NCBI GenBank assembly: GCA_910584525.1
Contig: CAJUAT010000005.1
Location: 5,023-69,022 of the forward strand
From: an uncultured Muribaculaceae bacterium
Lineage (GTDB): Bacteria > Bacteroidota > Bacteroidia > Bacteroidales > Muribaculaceae
DNA length: 64,000 nt
Reading direction: 5' to 3'
Part shown: positions 9,696-19,749 of the stretch, one piece after another
Layout: every line of letters starts with the position of its first letter
Numbering within the stretch: position 1 is the first letter of the stretch
The notes under the pieces: model-generated
The model's input: the letters and a program-made list of their open reading frames with translations, nothing else
Told to the model about the DNA's origin: nothing
Database searches by the model: none
Program-made: the position numbers and the translations under genes

Positions 9696-10955
9696 TCACC
9701 TGTTGATTACCTGGCGGTATATGTCGATAACCTTCTTGCCGGCCTTTTCCCATGTAATGCCGTGGATTTCCTCGACACCCTGTACCTTCAGGAAGTCATG
9801 CAGACCGGGATACGACACAAGGGCATGCATGGCGTCGGCCATGGCGTCGATATCCCAGTAGTCGGTCTTTATGACATTGCTGAGGATTTCGGCGCATCCC
9901 GATTGCTTGGAAATTATCGAGGGAACACCCATCTCCATGGCCTCCAGAGGAGATATGCCGAATGGCTCCGACACGGAAGGCATCACGTACACATCCGAAT
10001 CGGCCAGCATCTCATATACCTGCCGTCCTCTCAGGAAGCCCGTGAAGTGGAATCTGTCGGCGATGTTACGCTTGGCGGCAAGCTCTATCATGGCATCCAT
10101 CATATCGCCCGAACCGGCCATGACGAAGCGCACATGCTTGTTTTTCTGCAGCACCTTCGCCGCTGCCTCCACAAAATATTCCGGACCCTTCTGCATGGTG
10201 ATGCGTCCCAGGAATGTTATCACCTTGTCGTCCTTTTCCCGGCGCGGCAGGTTGAGGAGGTCGTCGCTCAACGGTATCACGGCATTATGCACGGTGGTCA
10301 CCTTATCGGGGCTTATGCCATATTTCTCTATGACGGTGCGACGCGTGAGATTCGACACGGTGATGATATGGTCGGCGTTTTCCATGCCATCCTTCTCTAT
10401 GGCGAACACTGTGGGGTTCACGTTGCCGCGGCTGCGGTCGAAGTCGGTGGCGTGAACATGTATCACCAGAGGCTTGCCCGTCACGTTCTTGGCATGTATG
10501 CCCGCGGGATATGTCAGCCAGTCGTGCGAATGAATCACGTCGCAGGGTATCGTGCGCGCTATCACGCCCGCAACTATCGAATAATTGTTTATCTCCTCGA
10601 GGATGTTGTCAGGGTATCTGCCGGAAAACTCTATGCAGCCCAGGTCATTGAGGCGCATATAGTTGAAGTCGGCATAGATATGGTCACGGAGGTTGAAATA
10701 GAGGTTGGGATCCATCACCTTGCCAATACGGCCGTTGACGTAGTCGTAGTCGACGTCGCGCCAGGCCACCGGGGTGCAGTTAGCCCCCACTATGTTGGCG
10801 AAGCCTTTCTCTTCATCGCCGTGGGGCTTGGGAATCACAAACGTAATCTCCATGTCGCCATTGTTGTGCATCCCTTTGGTAAGGCCGTAGCTCGCCGTCC
10901 CCAACCCTCCGAGGATATGGGGAGGAAACTCCCAGCCAAACATTAATGCTCTCAT
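9696..10955 (-). CDS. Glycosyltransferase family 4 (glycogen synthesis-associated)
   Basis: WEFPPHILGGLG, HSHDWLT, GRITMQKG, SEPFGISPLEAM. Confidence 0.92.
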   Translation of the reverse strand: MRALMFGWEFPPHILGGLGTASYGLTKGMHNNGDMEITFVIPKPHGDEEKGFANIVGANCTPVAWRDVDYDYVNGRIGKVMDPNLYFNLRDHIYADFNYMRLNDLGCIEFSGRYPDNILEEINNYSIVAGVIARTIPCDVIHSHDWLTYPAGIHAKNVTGKPLVIHVHATDFDRSRGNVNPTVFAIEKDGMENADHIITVSNLTRRTVIEKYGISPDKVTTVHNAVIPLSDDLLNLPRREKDDKVITFLGRITMQKGPEYFVEAAAKVLQKNKHVRFVMAGSGDMMDAMIELAAKRNIADRFHFTGFLRGRQVYEMLADSDVYVMPSVSEPFGISPLEAMEMGVPSIISKQSGCAEILSNVIKTDYWDIDAMADAMHALVSYPGLHDFLKVQGVEEIHGITWEKAGKKVIDIYRQVINR

Positions 10956-10977
10956 TGTCGCTCGTATATGCTGTGTA

Positions 10978-12927
10978 TTACTGTAGTTTGTTCATCTGGT
11001 TCACGGTCTTGATCACCGTGAGGATGGCGCCGACATTCTTGGCTGTCGACACGGCGCCACGTCCCGTGTATGGCGGGTTGGCGTCGTATATCTCGTTGAG
11101 GGTGCCCACGCAGCCCGTCGACATCTCATCCTCATATCCTATGAGCATCCGCTCTATGAAAGAGAGTCCCGACAGGCCGAACACCTTGAAATATGCGTCG
11201 GCATAGAATCCGAAGAGCCATGGACGCGCCGGACCCTGATGCACCGCATACTCCCGTTCCGTGGGGTTCCCCTTGTATATTGGGCGGTAGTTGTGGCTCT
11301 TGGGGCTCAGCGACCGCAGTCCTTTGGGGGTAAGCAGCTCGCGCGTGCAGAAGTCGAGCACCGTCTTGCGTTCCCGGCGGCTCAGCGGGCAATACTCCAT
11401 GCCTATGGCGATGGCCATGTTGGGCCGTACCTCCAGGTCGGTATAGCTCCCGTTGACGTAGTCGTAGAGATAACCGTAACCGTTGAGGAACGTCTCCTTG
11501 AAAGCCTCGCCGCACTTGTCGGCCAGTGCTCCCGTCTGCTCCACGTAGTCGGCATAACCATCCACGCCTTCGTAAAGGGATTTCACGAAGCAGAGAGCGT
11601 TATACCAGAGCGCATTGAACTCCAGGATGTAGCCGGTGCGCGGTATTATCGGCTTGCCGTCGATGGATGCCGAAAGCCAGGTGACAGGCTTTTCCGACCC
11701 TTCGCTCGACACGAGGCCATTGTCGTTGAGTCGCAGATTCCTTATTCTCCCCTCGCATATGTCGCTTACCAGCTCCCTGACCGTATCGCCGAAACGTTCT
11801 CGGCATTTCGCCGTGTCAGTGGTCTTGCGGTATGCCTGTATGGCCCATATGGTCCACAACGGCATGTCCGGCAAGTCTATCTCGTGGATCACCGGATCCT
11901 TCTCGCCTGTGGCGATGTTACGGCGAAGGGCCGCAATGAACGTGTCCATGATTTTCAGATAATCCTCCTCATGGTTCACGGCCAGCGTGCATCCCGGCAA
12001 CGCGATTATCTCATCGCGGGCGCGGACATTGTACCAGGGATACCCAGCCATGATATAGTCGCCATGTTCGTTCTTGAGATAGAACTGCTTGGCGGCGTTC
12101 TTCAGACAGTTGTAGAAGCTCGTCCTTTTGGTACGGGTACTCAGCTCCTTGTCATATATCTTTTCGAACTCCGCAGGGTCTTCAAGCTCCGTGGAGGCCG
12201 AGAAGATGATGCTCTCCCCCTTCTTTATTGGCAACTCGAAATAACCAGGCACCCACAGATCCTCCTTGTAGGGTATTCCGCGGTCACGGTCCTTGTAGTA
12301 TTCGATGCCCTTGTACCAATGGCCGTCGTCGACCCACCGGGTCTCCTTGTTGAACTGCATATACAGTTCCGGATATCCCTGGTAGAGACATGTGGATATG
12401 CCGTTGGTCACGTCCCTGACGCTCTTGTCTATATCGGGATTCTCGTTGACCAGAGCATTGGCGTTGCGGAAAGCCAGGAAGGGGCGGAAACGCAACGTAG
12501 TTTCCGAATGGGCATCAATAAGTGTATAGCGTATCAGTATCTGATTCTGATGGGAAATGAACACTTTCTCCTTGGAGAGAATCACGCCACCCACACGGTA
12601 AAGGATGCTGGGCACCGTCTCGCAACTGTACTCGCGGATGTATTTATGACCGTTAGGGCTGAACACATTGTCGCCATACTGGTGCAGACCGAGGTTGAAC
12701 TCGGCGCCATGCTGTATCACGGTCTCGTCGAGACTGGACAGGAGCACATGCGCCTGGTCGTCCATATCGGGGATGGGTATCACCAGCAAACCATGCTGCT
12801 TGCGGGTGTTGCAGCCTACGATGGTGGTGCAATGATAAGCCCCCGACCGATTGGTCCTCAGCATCTCCTTGGGCAGACTCTGCTCCAGGTTGATCATCTG
12901 GGTCTTGTCGAATTTCAAATAACTCAT
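10978..12927 (-). CDS. Glycogen debranching enzyme (amylo-alpha-1,6-glucosidase)
   Basis: CNTRKQHGLL N-terminal domain, AGYPW, EFNALWYNAL, RPNM, GLRSLSP. Confidence 0.9.
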   Translation of the reverse strand: MSYLKFDKTQMINLEQSLPKEMLRTNRSGAYHCTTIVGCNTRKQHGLLVIPIPDMDDQAHVLLSSLDETVIQHGAEFNLGLHQYGDNVFSPNGHKYIREYSCETVPSILYRVGGVILSKEKVFISHQNQILIRYTLIDAHSETTLRFRPFLAFRNANALVNENPDIDKSVRDVTNGISTCLYQGYPELYMQFNKETRWVDDGHWYKGIEYYKDRDRGIPYKEDLWVPGYFELPIKKGESIIFSASTELEDPAEFEKIYDKELSTRTKRTSFYNCLKNAAKQFYLKNEHGDYIMAGYPWYNVRARDEIIALPGCTLAVNHEEDYLKIMDTFIAALRRNIATGEKDPVIHEIDLPDMPLWTIWAIQAYRKTTDTAKCRERFGDTVRELVSDICEGRIRNLRLNDNGLVSSEGSEKPVTWLSASIDGKPIIPRTGYILEFNALWYNALCFVKSLYEGVDGYADYVEQTGALADKCGEAFKETFLNGYGYLYDYVNGSYTDLEVRPNMAIAIGMEYCPLSRRERKTVLDFCTRELLTPKGLRSLSPKSHNYRPIYKGNPTEREYAVHQGPARPWLFGFYADAYFKVFGLSGLSFIERMLIGYEDEMSTGCVGTLNEIYDANPPYTGRGAVSTAKNVGAILTVIKTVNQMNKLQ

Positions 12928-13061
12928 GCTGTCATATTATTTCTGCCGGCATTGCCGGTCTATTTCTTAATCTTCTTTCTGTGCGCGTCCTGTATATCCG
13001 GGTCTGCGGCCAGGGCTCGCCGCCATTTTGGGTTTCGATTTTAAGATTCTTAAGGTTTTAC

Positions 13062-13069
13062 AAATATAC
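13062..13069 (-). promoter_or_regulatory. sigmaA -7 element for the glycogen cluster
   Basis: TATATTTG on the minus strand, downstream of the nuo terminator. Confidence 0.5.
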
Positions 13070-13153
13070 ACCTATTTTTGTTCTTATCCAAATAATCTGC
13101 CACGGAACACAAAACATGCCGTGGAACATACAGAAATATACCTCACCGCATAC

Positions 13154-13183
13154 AAAACCGGGACGGCTTCCAGCCATCCCGGT
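13154..13183 (-). terminator. Intrinsic terminator after nuoN
   Basis: ACCGGGATGGCT-GGA-AGCCGTCCCGGT followed by TTT on the minus strand. Confidence 0.8.
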
Positions 13184-13224
13184 CCTTATATATTGTAGTG
13201 GAAATTCTCTTGTGGAATCTCTTG

Positions 13225-14682
13225 TCAGAAGAGAGGAATCTGTGCTGCGTTGTAGCAGTAGTCGTAGATGTAGGGCACGAGTCCGAAGAACACTATGCCT
13301 GCCACGCAAATCCAGAGGGCAGCCTTCTCGCCGCCGTTGCTCTTGAATGCCTCGATTTTGGCCTCGCCCGTATTGATCCATATGGCCTTTACCACCAGCA
13401 GGTAGTAATAGAGCGATATGATGGTGTTGATGAGGGCCACGAGCACGAGCATGTACAGAGCCATCGAACCGGTGGAAGCCACCGAGTTGAAGATGAAGAA
13501 CTTCGAGAAGAAACCTGCGAAGGGAGGTATACCTGCCAGCGAGAACATGGCGAGCGTCATGGCGAACGACAGCCACGGGTTGGTCTTGTGCAGTCCGTCA
13601 TAGTCGTCCATTCCCACCTTGCCGGTCTTGTTCTCTATGCTTGCAATCACTGCGAAGGCTCCAAGGTTGCTCACGATGTAGACGAAGATGTAATACATCA
13701 TCGAGCCGAGACCTATTGCGCTCTGGCTCATCACTCCCAGCATTATGTAACCGGCCTGCGATATCGAGGAGAAGGCCATGAATCGCTTCATGTTCTTCTG
13801 GCGTATGGCGAAGAGGTTACCTACGGTGATTGTAAGTATGATCACGCCGTACATCATCCATTCCCAGCTGTCGGCAAATACCTGGCCGAAGGCCTGGGCG
13901 AAGATGATGAAGAAGGCGAAGGCGGCGGCTCCTTTGGAAATCACCGACAGGTAGGAGGTGATGGCCGTGGGAGCACCCTGATATACGTCAGCGGTCCAGA
14001 GGTGGAAGGGCACGAGCGAGAGCTTGAAGCCTATGCCGGCAATTACGAAAGCGAGCGCCACCACCAGGAGTCCCGACATGCTGCCGGCCGTGATGGCTAC
14101 GGCTATGTCGCTGAAGTAGAGCGAACCTCCCGAGAAGGCATATACGAAACTGAGACCCATCAGCAGGATTGCCGACGAGAAAACTGCCGTGAGTATGTAC
14201 TTGATGGCAGCCTCATGGCTCTCGTAATGCTTCTTGTTGAATGCCACCAGTGCGGCCAGCGGCAGCGATGCCGTCTCCAGTCCGATCACGAACAGCAGGA
14301 AATGACGTGCCGATATCATCAGGTACATGCCGAACAGCGTGGCCAGTATCAGCTCGTAGAACTCACCCTTGCGGATGGCCGTCTCGTCGCTGTCGACCCA
14401 GCTTGCCGACTGGAGGAACACTATGAACACACCTATGTTGAGGATAGCCTTTATAGCCTTGCAGGCATTGTCATCGACATACATACCGCCGAATGCCGAG
14501 GTGTCGGCCGACGGTATAAGCCATATGGCCACCGTGGCCAGACCGAACAGCACCGTGGTGACCGGTGTCAGCCAACTCTTCTTCGAGCCGTCGCGCGTGA
14601 ACACGTCAAGCACGAAAACCACGAAAAACAAGCCTAAGATTATTAACTCGGGGATCATCGCCCCAAATTGTGAATAGTCCAT
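13225..14682 (-). CDS. nuoN: NADH-quinone oxidoreductase subunit N
   Basis: GLETASL, EAAIKY, GFKLSLVPFHLWTADVYQGAP, AGIPPFAGFFSK. Confidence 0.95.
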   Translation of the reverse strand: MDYSQFGAMIPELIILGLFFVVFVLDVFTRDGSKKSWLTPVTTVLFGLATVAIWLIPSADTSAFGGMYVDDNACKAIKAILNIGVFIVFLQSASWVDSDETAIRKGEFYELILATLFGMYLMISARHFLLFVIGLETASLPLAALVAFNKKHYESHEAAIKYILTAVFSSAILLMGLSFVYAFSGGSLYFSDIAVAITAGSMSGLLVVALAFVIAGIGFKLSLVPFHLWTADVYQGAPTAITSYLSVISKGAAAFAFFIIFAQAFGQVFADSWEWMMYGVIILTITVGNLFAIRQKNMKRFMAFSSISQAGYIMLGVMSQSAIGLGSMMYYIFVYIVSNLGAFAVIASIENKTGKVGMDDYDGLHKTNPWLSFAMTLAMFSLAGIPPFAGFFSKFFIFNSVASTGSMALYMLVLVALINTIISLYYYLLVVKAIWINTGEAKIEAFKSNGGEKAALWICVAGIVFFGLVPYIYDYCYNAAQIPLF

Positions 14683-14709
14683 CGTTATCTTGTTGTCAAA
14701 TTGTTCTGA

Positions 14710-16233
14710 TTAAATTGCCTGGGCCAATGCGTCGACAATCGGTTTGAAACTGTTCTGTATAGAGTCGTTGAGCCAGTTGGGGAAGAATCCTATTCCGGCC
14801 AGACAAACTATCAGCGTTACAGTGGCGAGACGCTCCCACCATGTTGCGTCGGTGAGCGAGAGATGATGCTCGTCCTGCACGGGGCCGAGTATCAGCTTGC
14901 CAACCACACGCAGGATGTAGACTGCCGTTATCACGATTGATGTGGTGGCGGCTATCACGAAGATGCGGTGGAACATGTCGGCGTTCTCGAAGCTGCCGAA
15001 GAAGATGGTCATCTCGGCCACGAAGCCCGAGAGTCCGGGAAGTCCCAGCGATGCGAAACCGGCTATCATGTAGCATACTCCGAGATAAGGCATAATCTTC
15101 ATGAGTCCACCCATCTGACGGATATCGCGGGTATGCGTACGTCCGTAGATCATACCGATCAGGGCGAAGAAGAGAGCCGTCATCAGACCATGGCTGAGCA
15201 TCTGGAGGATACCGCCGGTCATGGCCGTCTGGTTGAGCATCAGCAAGGCGAAGAGCACCATGCCGCAGTGCGATACCGACGAATAGGCATTGATGTACTT
15301 GAGGTCGGTCTGCACACATGCCGAGAATGCGCCGTATACTATGCTTATACCCGTGAGGATTATGAAAATCCATGCGAGTTCATTGGCGGCATGGGGAAGC
15401 AGGAAGATGGCGATGCGGAAGCAACCGTAGCCTCCCAGCTTCATGAGCACGCCGGCATGCAGCATCGACACCGCCGTGGGGGCGCAGGCATGACCGTCGG
15501 GACTCCATGTGTGGAACGGGAACATGGCGCCCAGCACGCCGAAGCCTACAAACGTGAAGATGAACAGCATGTTCTGCCAGCCATAGTCGATGCAGCCGTA
15601 ATGGGATATCTCGAGGATGTTCCATGTGTTGGCCACGCCGGCATCGGCAGGCGTTCCGTGCCAGTAGATTCCCAACAGACCCAGCATCAGGAATGCCGAG
15701 CCGCCCATGAGCATCAGTGTCAGCTTCATGGCCGAATACTCCTTGCGGCCTGTGCCCCATACTCCAATCAGCAGGTACATAGGAATCAGCGCCACCTCAT
15801 AGAACATGAACATCGTGAACATGTCGATGGAGATGAAGAATCCGTAAACACCCGTCGACAGCAGCGAGTACCACAGGAAGAAGTTCTTGGGAAGGGGATT
15901 GATTTTCCAGGAGGCGAAAGTGCCTGCGAACACTATTATGGAGGTAAGCAGAAGCATGAGCACCGATATACCGTCCACGCCCACTGCGAGATGGATGTTG
16001 AGGGGCTCATACCACATCCAGGAGCCCATCCACAGCATTTCGGCCGTGTTGCCGGCTGCCCGCTGCGCCACGAAGTCGCACGTCAGCCATATCGACAGTC
16101 CCAGAAGCACCGTGGAGCATGTAACCATTACCCCCAGGATGGCCTTCATGTTGTTCTGACCGCACAAAGCGAGCCCGCCAAGCATGAGAACCGGCACTAT
16201 TACAAACCAGATTAATATATTTCCGAAAAGCAT
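14710..16233 (-). CDS. nuoM: NADH-quinone oxidoreductase subunit M
   Basis: VDGIS, YEVALIPMY, FPFHTWSPDGH, LMKLGGYG, ASLGLPGLSGFVAE. Confidence 0.95.
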   Translation of the reverse strand: MLFGNILIWFVIVPVLMLGGLALCGQNNMKAILGVMVTCSTVLLGLSIWLTCDFVAQRAAGNTAEMLWMGSWMWYEPLNIHLAVGVDGISVLMLLLTSIIVFAGTFASWKINPLPKNFFLWYSLLSTGVYGFFISIDMFTMFMFYEVALIPMYLLIGVWGTGRKEYSAMKLTLMLMGGSAFLMLGLLGIYWHGTPADAGVANTWNILEISHYGCIDYGWQNMLFIFTFVGFGVLGAMFPFHTWSPDGHACAPTAVSMLHAGVLMKLGGYGCFRIAIFLLPHAANELAWIFIILTGISIVYGAFSACVQTDLKYINAYSSVSHCGMVLFALLMLNQTAMTGGILQMLSHGLMTALFFALIGMIYGRTHTRDIRQMGGLMKIMPYLGVCYMIAGFASLGLPGLSGFVAEMTIFFGSFENADMFHRIFVIAATTSIVITAVYILRVVGKLILGPVQDEHHLSLTDATWWERLATVTLIVCLAGIGFFPNWLNDSIQNSFKPIVDALAQAI

Positions 16234-16280
16234 AATCTATTATTGTTGTTTGAGTGGAAGCCTGTTTGGCAAGCTTCGGG

Positions 16281-18266
16281 TTAAAGGAGACATAACCAGG
16301 TTATCACAGCCAGCGCGACGGCTCCGAAGAAGTACCACATCACGTAAGTCTGTATATATCCCGACTGCATACCCTTGATTTTAACACTGAAGAAGTTGGT
16401 CATTGCTGCGAGGCCGTTCATCGTTCCGTCGATGATATGGCGGTCGAACCATGCTATGCCGCGGCATATGATGTTGAAGATGATCTTATGCGTGATGAAC
16501 ATGTAGATCTCATCCCAGTAGAAGCGGCGGTTGGCGGCAGTCCATAGCGCGGGCCAGAGGTTCTTGACCATCGTGGGGCGATTGTTCTTGCGAGCATACA
16601 TGAAGGTTGCCAGGGCTATGGAAACAACAGCCACCGTAAGGGATGTGGCGGCCACGGAGCCTTCTATATGTATATGGTAAGGTTCGCCGTTGAATGTCAC
16701 GAACTCGCCGAAAGGAATGAATCCTGCCACGCAGCTCACAGCTGCAAGGATAATCAGCGGCAGCGACATCTGCCAGGGTGCGTCGTGGGGCTTATGTCCG
16801 CTCTTCGCGTATTTCGGGTTCTCCTCCCACCAGAATATCATGTAATAGAGGCGGAACATGTAGAAAGCGGTCAGACCGGCCACCATCGTCATCCATGCGC
16901 CCCAGAACCAGTGGCGGTTGAACATGGCGGCAAGCATCTCGTCTTTGGAGAAGAAGCCGGAGAAGGGCCATATGCCGGCGATTGCCAGACACCCTATGAG
17001 GAACGTCCAGTGAGTGATGGGCATGTACTTGCGAAGGCCGCCCATCTCGGTATAGTTGTTGCTGTGAACGGCATGTATCAGAGCGCCGGCCCCGAGGAAG
17101 AGGAGCGCCTTGAACATGGCGTGCGTGAACAGATGGAACATGCCGGCCATATAGCCGAGTCCCGAGTAATGAACGCCCTCTATGGGCTGGTTGTAGGCAC
17201 ATCCCAGCGATACCATCATGAAGGCTATCTGGGATATTGTGGAGAATGCGAGCACTCTCTTGATATCAATCTGTGCGCAGGCCACTACGGCGGCATAGAA
17301 AGCTGTTATTGCTCCGACTATGGTGATGAATGTCAGCGAGTCGGGCACTATGCAGTAGAGGGGGAAGAATCGCGCCACGAGGTAAACGCCGGCCACAACC
17401 ATGGTGGCGGCGTGGATGAGTGCCGACACGGGCGTCGGACCCTCCATGGCGTCGGGAAGCCATATATGCAGCGGCATCATGGCCGACTTACCCATACCTC
17501 CCACGAAGATGAGCACCATGGCCCAAGTGAGCACCGAGCCGCTCATGAACGTAGCGCCCAGAACGGTGTTGGCGATCACGCCGGCATTGCTGTTGAGCAT
17601 CAGGAAGTTGAAAGCGGAAGCCGAGCCCAACGGGCCGTCGGCGGGTGCGTTCGACACATAATAGCTCAGAACCAGTATGCCTATGAGCATGAACAGGTCG
17701 GCGAAGCGGGTAACGATAAAGGCCTTCTTGGATGCCGACACTGCCGAGGGCAGCTTGTAGAAGAAGCCGATCAGCAGGTAGGAGCTGACACCCACGAGCT
17801 CCCAGAAGATGTACATCTGGAAGATGTTGGTAGCCACCACGAGGCCGAGCATCGAGAATGTGAAGAGAGCCAGGAAAGCGTAGTACCGCTGGAAACCGGG
17901 CTCATGCTCCATATATCCCCAGGAGTATAGGTGCACCATGAAGGAGATGGTGGTTATCACCACGAGCATCATGGCCGAAATGGGGTCGAGCAGGAAGCCG
18001 ATGTTTACCACGAGCCTGTCGGTGAACGCGAGCCATGTCACATCGAAGAGCTGGCACTGCTGGCGCACACCCTCGACGATGAAACGCGGGTCGCCGCTGA
18101 AGAAATATGTAAAAGCCACATAATAAGCCATGACAGCCACGGCCCCGAGAGCCGTGATGCCCAGAATGCCGGCAAGCTTGCGCGACATCTTCACTCCCAC
18201 GATGCCCAGTATCAGGAACATCGTGAACGGGATGGCGAGTATCAATATTGGTAATGTAATGCCCAT
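16281..18266 (-). CDS. nuoL: NADH-quinone oxidoreductase subunit L
   Basis: FWELVGVSSYLLIGF, GKSAMMPLHIWLPDAMEGPTPVSALIHAATMVVAG, HAMFKALLFL. Confidence 0.96.
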   Translation of the reverse strand: MGITLPILILAIPFTMFLILGIVGVKMSRKLAGILGITALGAVAVMAYYVAFTYFFSGDPRFIVEGVRQQCQLFDVTWLAFTDRLVVNIGFLLDPISAMMLVVITTISFMVHLYSWGYMEHEPGFQRYYAFLALFTFSMLGLVVATNIFQMYIFWELVGVSSYLLIGFFYKLPSAVSASKKAFIVTRFADLFMLIGILVLSYYVSNAPADGPLGSASAFNFLMLNSNAGVIANTVLGATFMSGSVLTWAMVLIFVGGMGKSAMMPLHIWLPDAMEGPTPVSALIHAATMVVAGVYLVARFFPLYCIVPDSLTFITIVGAITAFYAAVVACAQIDIKRVLAFSTISQIAFMMVSLGCAYNQPIEGVHYSGLGYMAGMFHLFTHAMFKALLFLGAGALIHAVHSNNYTEMGGLRKYMPITHWTFLIGCLAIAGIWPFSGFFSKDEMLAAMFNRHWFWGAWMTMVAGLTAFYMFRLYYMIFWWEENPKYAKSGHKPHDAPWQMSLPLIILAAVSCVAGFIPFGEFVTFNGEPYHIHIEGSVAATSLTVAVVSIALATFMYARKNNRPTMVKNLWPALWTAANRRFYWDEIYMFITHKIIFNIICRGIAWFDRHIIDGTMNGLAAMTNFFSVKIKGMQSGYIQTYVMWYFFGAVALAVITWLCLL

Positions 18267-18268
18267 GA

Positions 18269-18580
18269 TCAATATTTCATTTTATCGGCGTCGTTGACAT
18301 CGGTGTTGCCGATGGCGCGATATATGTTTACGATGATTGCGATTGCCACGGCGGTCTCGGCGGCGGCTATCGCTATGGCGAAGAGGGTGAATACCATACC
18401 CTCCATCTGCCCGGGAAACAGGAAACGGTTGAAGACCACGAAGTTCAGGTCGGCGGCGTTGAGCATCAACTCCAGCGATATGAGCATCGCGATCATATTC
18501 TTGCGGGTCATGAACCCATAGACTCCGGCCGCGAACATTATCACGCTCGGGACCAAATACCATAACATATCCAAATCCAT
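18269..18580 (-). CDS. nuoK: NADH-quinone oxidoreductase subunit K
   Basis: MLISLELMLNA, AAAETAVA. Confidence 0.95.
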   Translation of the reverse strand: MDLDMLWYLVPSVIMFAAGVYGFMTRKNMIAMLISLELMLNAADLNFVVFNRFLFPGQMEGMVFTLFAIAIAAAETAVAIAIIVNIYRAIGNTDVNDADKMKY

Positions 18581-18587
18581 GGTTCAA

Positions 18588-19115
18588 TTAACGTTTGCGG
18601 GCAACGGTGACGCCGCCGATTATACATGCGAGCAACAATACCGAAATAGCCTCAAAGGGCAGCAGGTACTGGAATTTGTCGGTACCGGTGAAAGCCCGGC
18701 CTATCTCCTTGATGGTGATGTCGGAGCCCAGGCAACCGGCAAGGGTCATGTCGTGGGCTATGGGCATATAGAAGATAGCGAGGAGCAGCAAGGCAGCTCC
18801 GGCCACCGACACTAAGACTCCCATCTTGCTCCGGTGCGTAAGCAACACGGGTGCGGCCTCGTTGGGCTTGTGCGTAAGCAATATCGCGAACACGAACAAT
18901 ACCATGATGCCCCCGGCATATACCGCTATCTGCACTGCGCCCAGAAACTGGTAGCCCAGCTGGAAATAGAATAATGATGTTCCTATAAGCACGAACAGCA
19001 GATAGGTGGCGGCTCTGAGAATCTTCCGAGTCGTTACGGCCATTACAGAGAACACCACCACTATCAGCGCTGTCACCGAGTACAGGATTATATTCGCTAC
19101 AGAAGTACTATCCAT
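18588..19115 (-). CDS. nuoJ: NADH-quinone oxidoreductase subunit J
   Basis: QIAVYAGGIMVLFVFAI, YLLPFEAISVLLL. Confidence 0.95.
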   Translation of the reverse strand: MDSTSVANIILYSVTALIVVVFSVMAVTTRKILRAATYLLFVLIGTSLFYFQLGYQFLGAVQIAVYAGGIMVLFVFAILLTHKPNEAAPVLLTHRSKMGVLVSVAGAALLLLAIFYMPIAHDMTLAGCLGSDITIKEIGRAFTGTDKFQYLLPFEAISVLLLACIIGGVTVARKR

Positions 19116-19129
19116 TGTGTTGTTATTGG

Positions 19130-19666
19130 TTATTTGTCAGAGGTAACGTTAGCCTTAGGGTCTTGGGGAGTCTGGGCGGGCTTTGGCGCGGGGGCCGGTT
19201 TGGGCGCGTCGGGAACTTCCGGACGGTAATTGAGCTGCTTTACGAGCTTGTCGCGCTCGAAGACTGCCTGCTCGAAATCGTTGCTGAACTCCAGGGCATT
19301 CTGCGGGCAGGTCGTCACACACAACATACAGAAGGTGCAGCTGCCCAGATCATAAAAATACTTGTCGAGCTTACGCTTCTTCTTGCCGTCGGGAAGATCC
19401 ACCATTTTCGTCTCGAGCTTGATGGTTCCGTTAGGGCAATTCATCTGGCAGATTCCGCAGGCTATGCATTTATGGCGCCCCTCGGCGTCATATTTCAGCG
19501 TCAATTCCGCGCGGAACCTGTCGGCAATCTCAAGGGTTGCCCGGTTCTCGGGATATTGCTCCGTAACCTTCGGCGTCACGAACTCCTTGCCCGTGACGGC
19601 CATTCCGGTCACCAGACTCTTAAGCCCGCTGCCTACCGACTTGAAATATTCTATTATATTGGCCAT
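19130..19666 (-). CDS. nuoI: NADH-quinone oxidoreductase subunit I (2x[4Fe-4S])
   Basis: VTEQYPE, CIACGICQMNCP, CTFCMLCVTTCP. Confidence 0.95.
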   Translation of the reverse strand: MANIIEYFKSVGSGLKSLVTGMAVTGKEFVTPKVTEQYPENRATLEIADRFRAELTLKYDAEGRHKCIACGICQMNCPNGTIKLETKMVDLPDGKKKRKLDKYFYDLGSCTFCMLCVTTCPQNALEFSNDFEQAVFERDKLVKQLNYRPEVPDAPKPAPAPKPAQTPQDPKANVTSDK

Positions 19667-19680
19667 TATTGTTGTTTATC

Positions 19681-19712
19681 GGGAGTGGTGTTCTTTGCGG
19701 AGCGCCACTCCC
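19681..19712 (-). promoter_or_regulatory. Stable stem-loop in the atpG-nuoI junction (no U-tract on the sense strand)
   Basis: GGGAGTGGCGCTC...GAACACCACTCCC on the minus strand, followed by GATAAACAAC. Confidence 0.6.
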
Positions 19713-19749
19713 CCTTTTAGTTTCTAAAACAGTTTCAGACTATACGCAA

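Noticed and set aside
12967..13027. 19-codon uORF (MAASPGRRPG...) in the glycogen operon leader
   Set aside because: No attenuator structure or biased codons; could be chance
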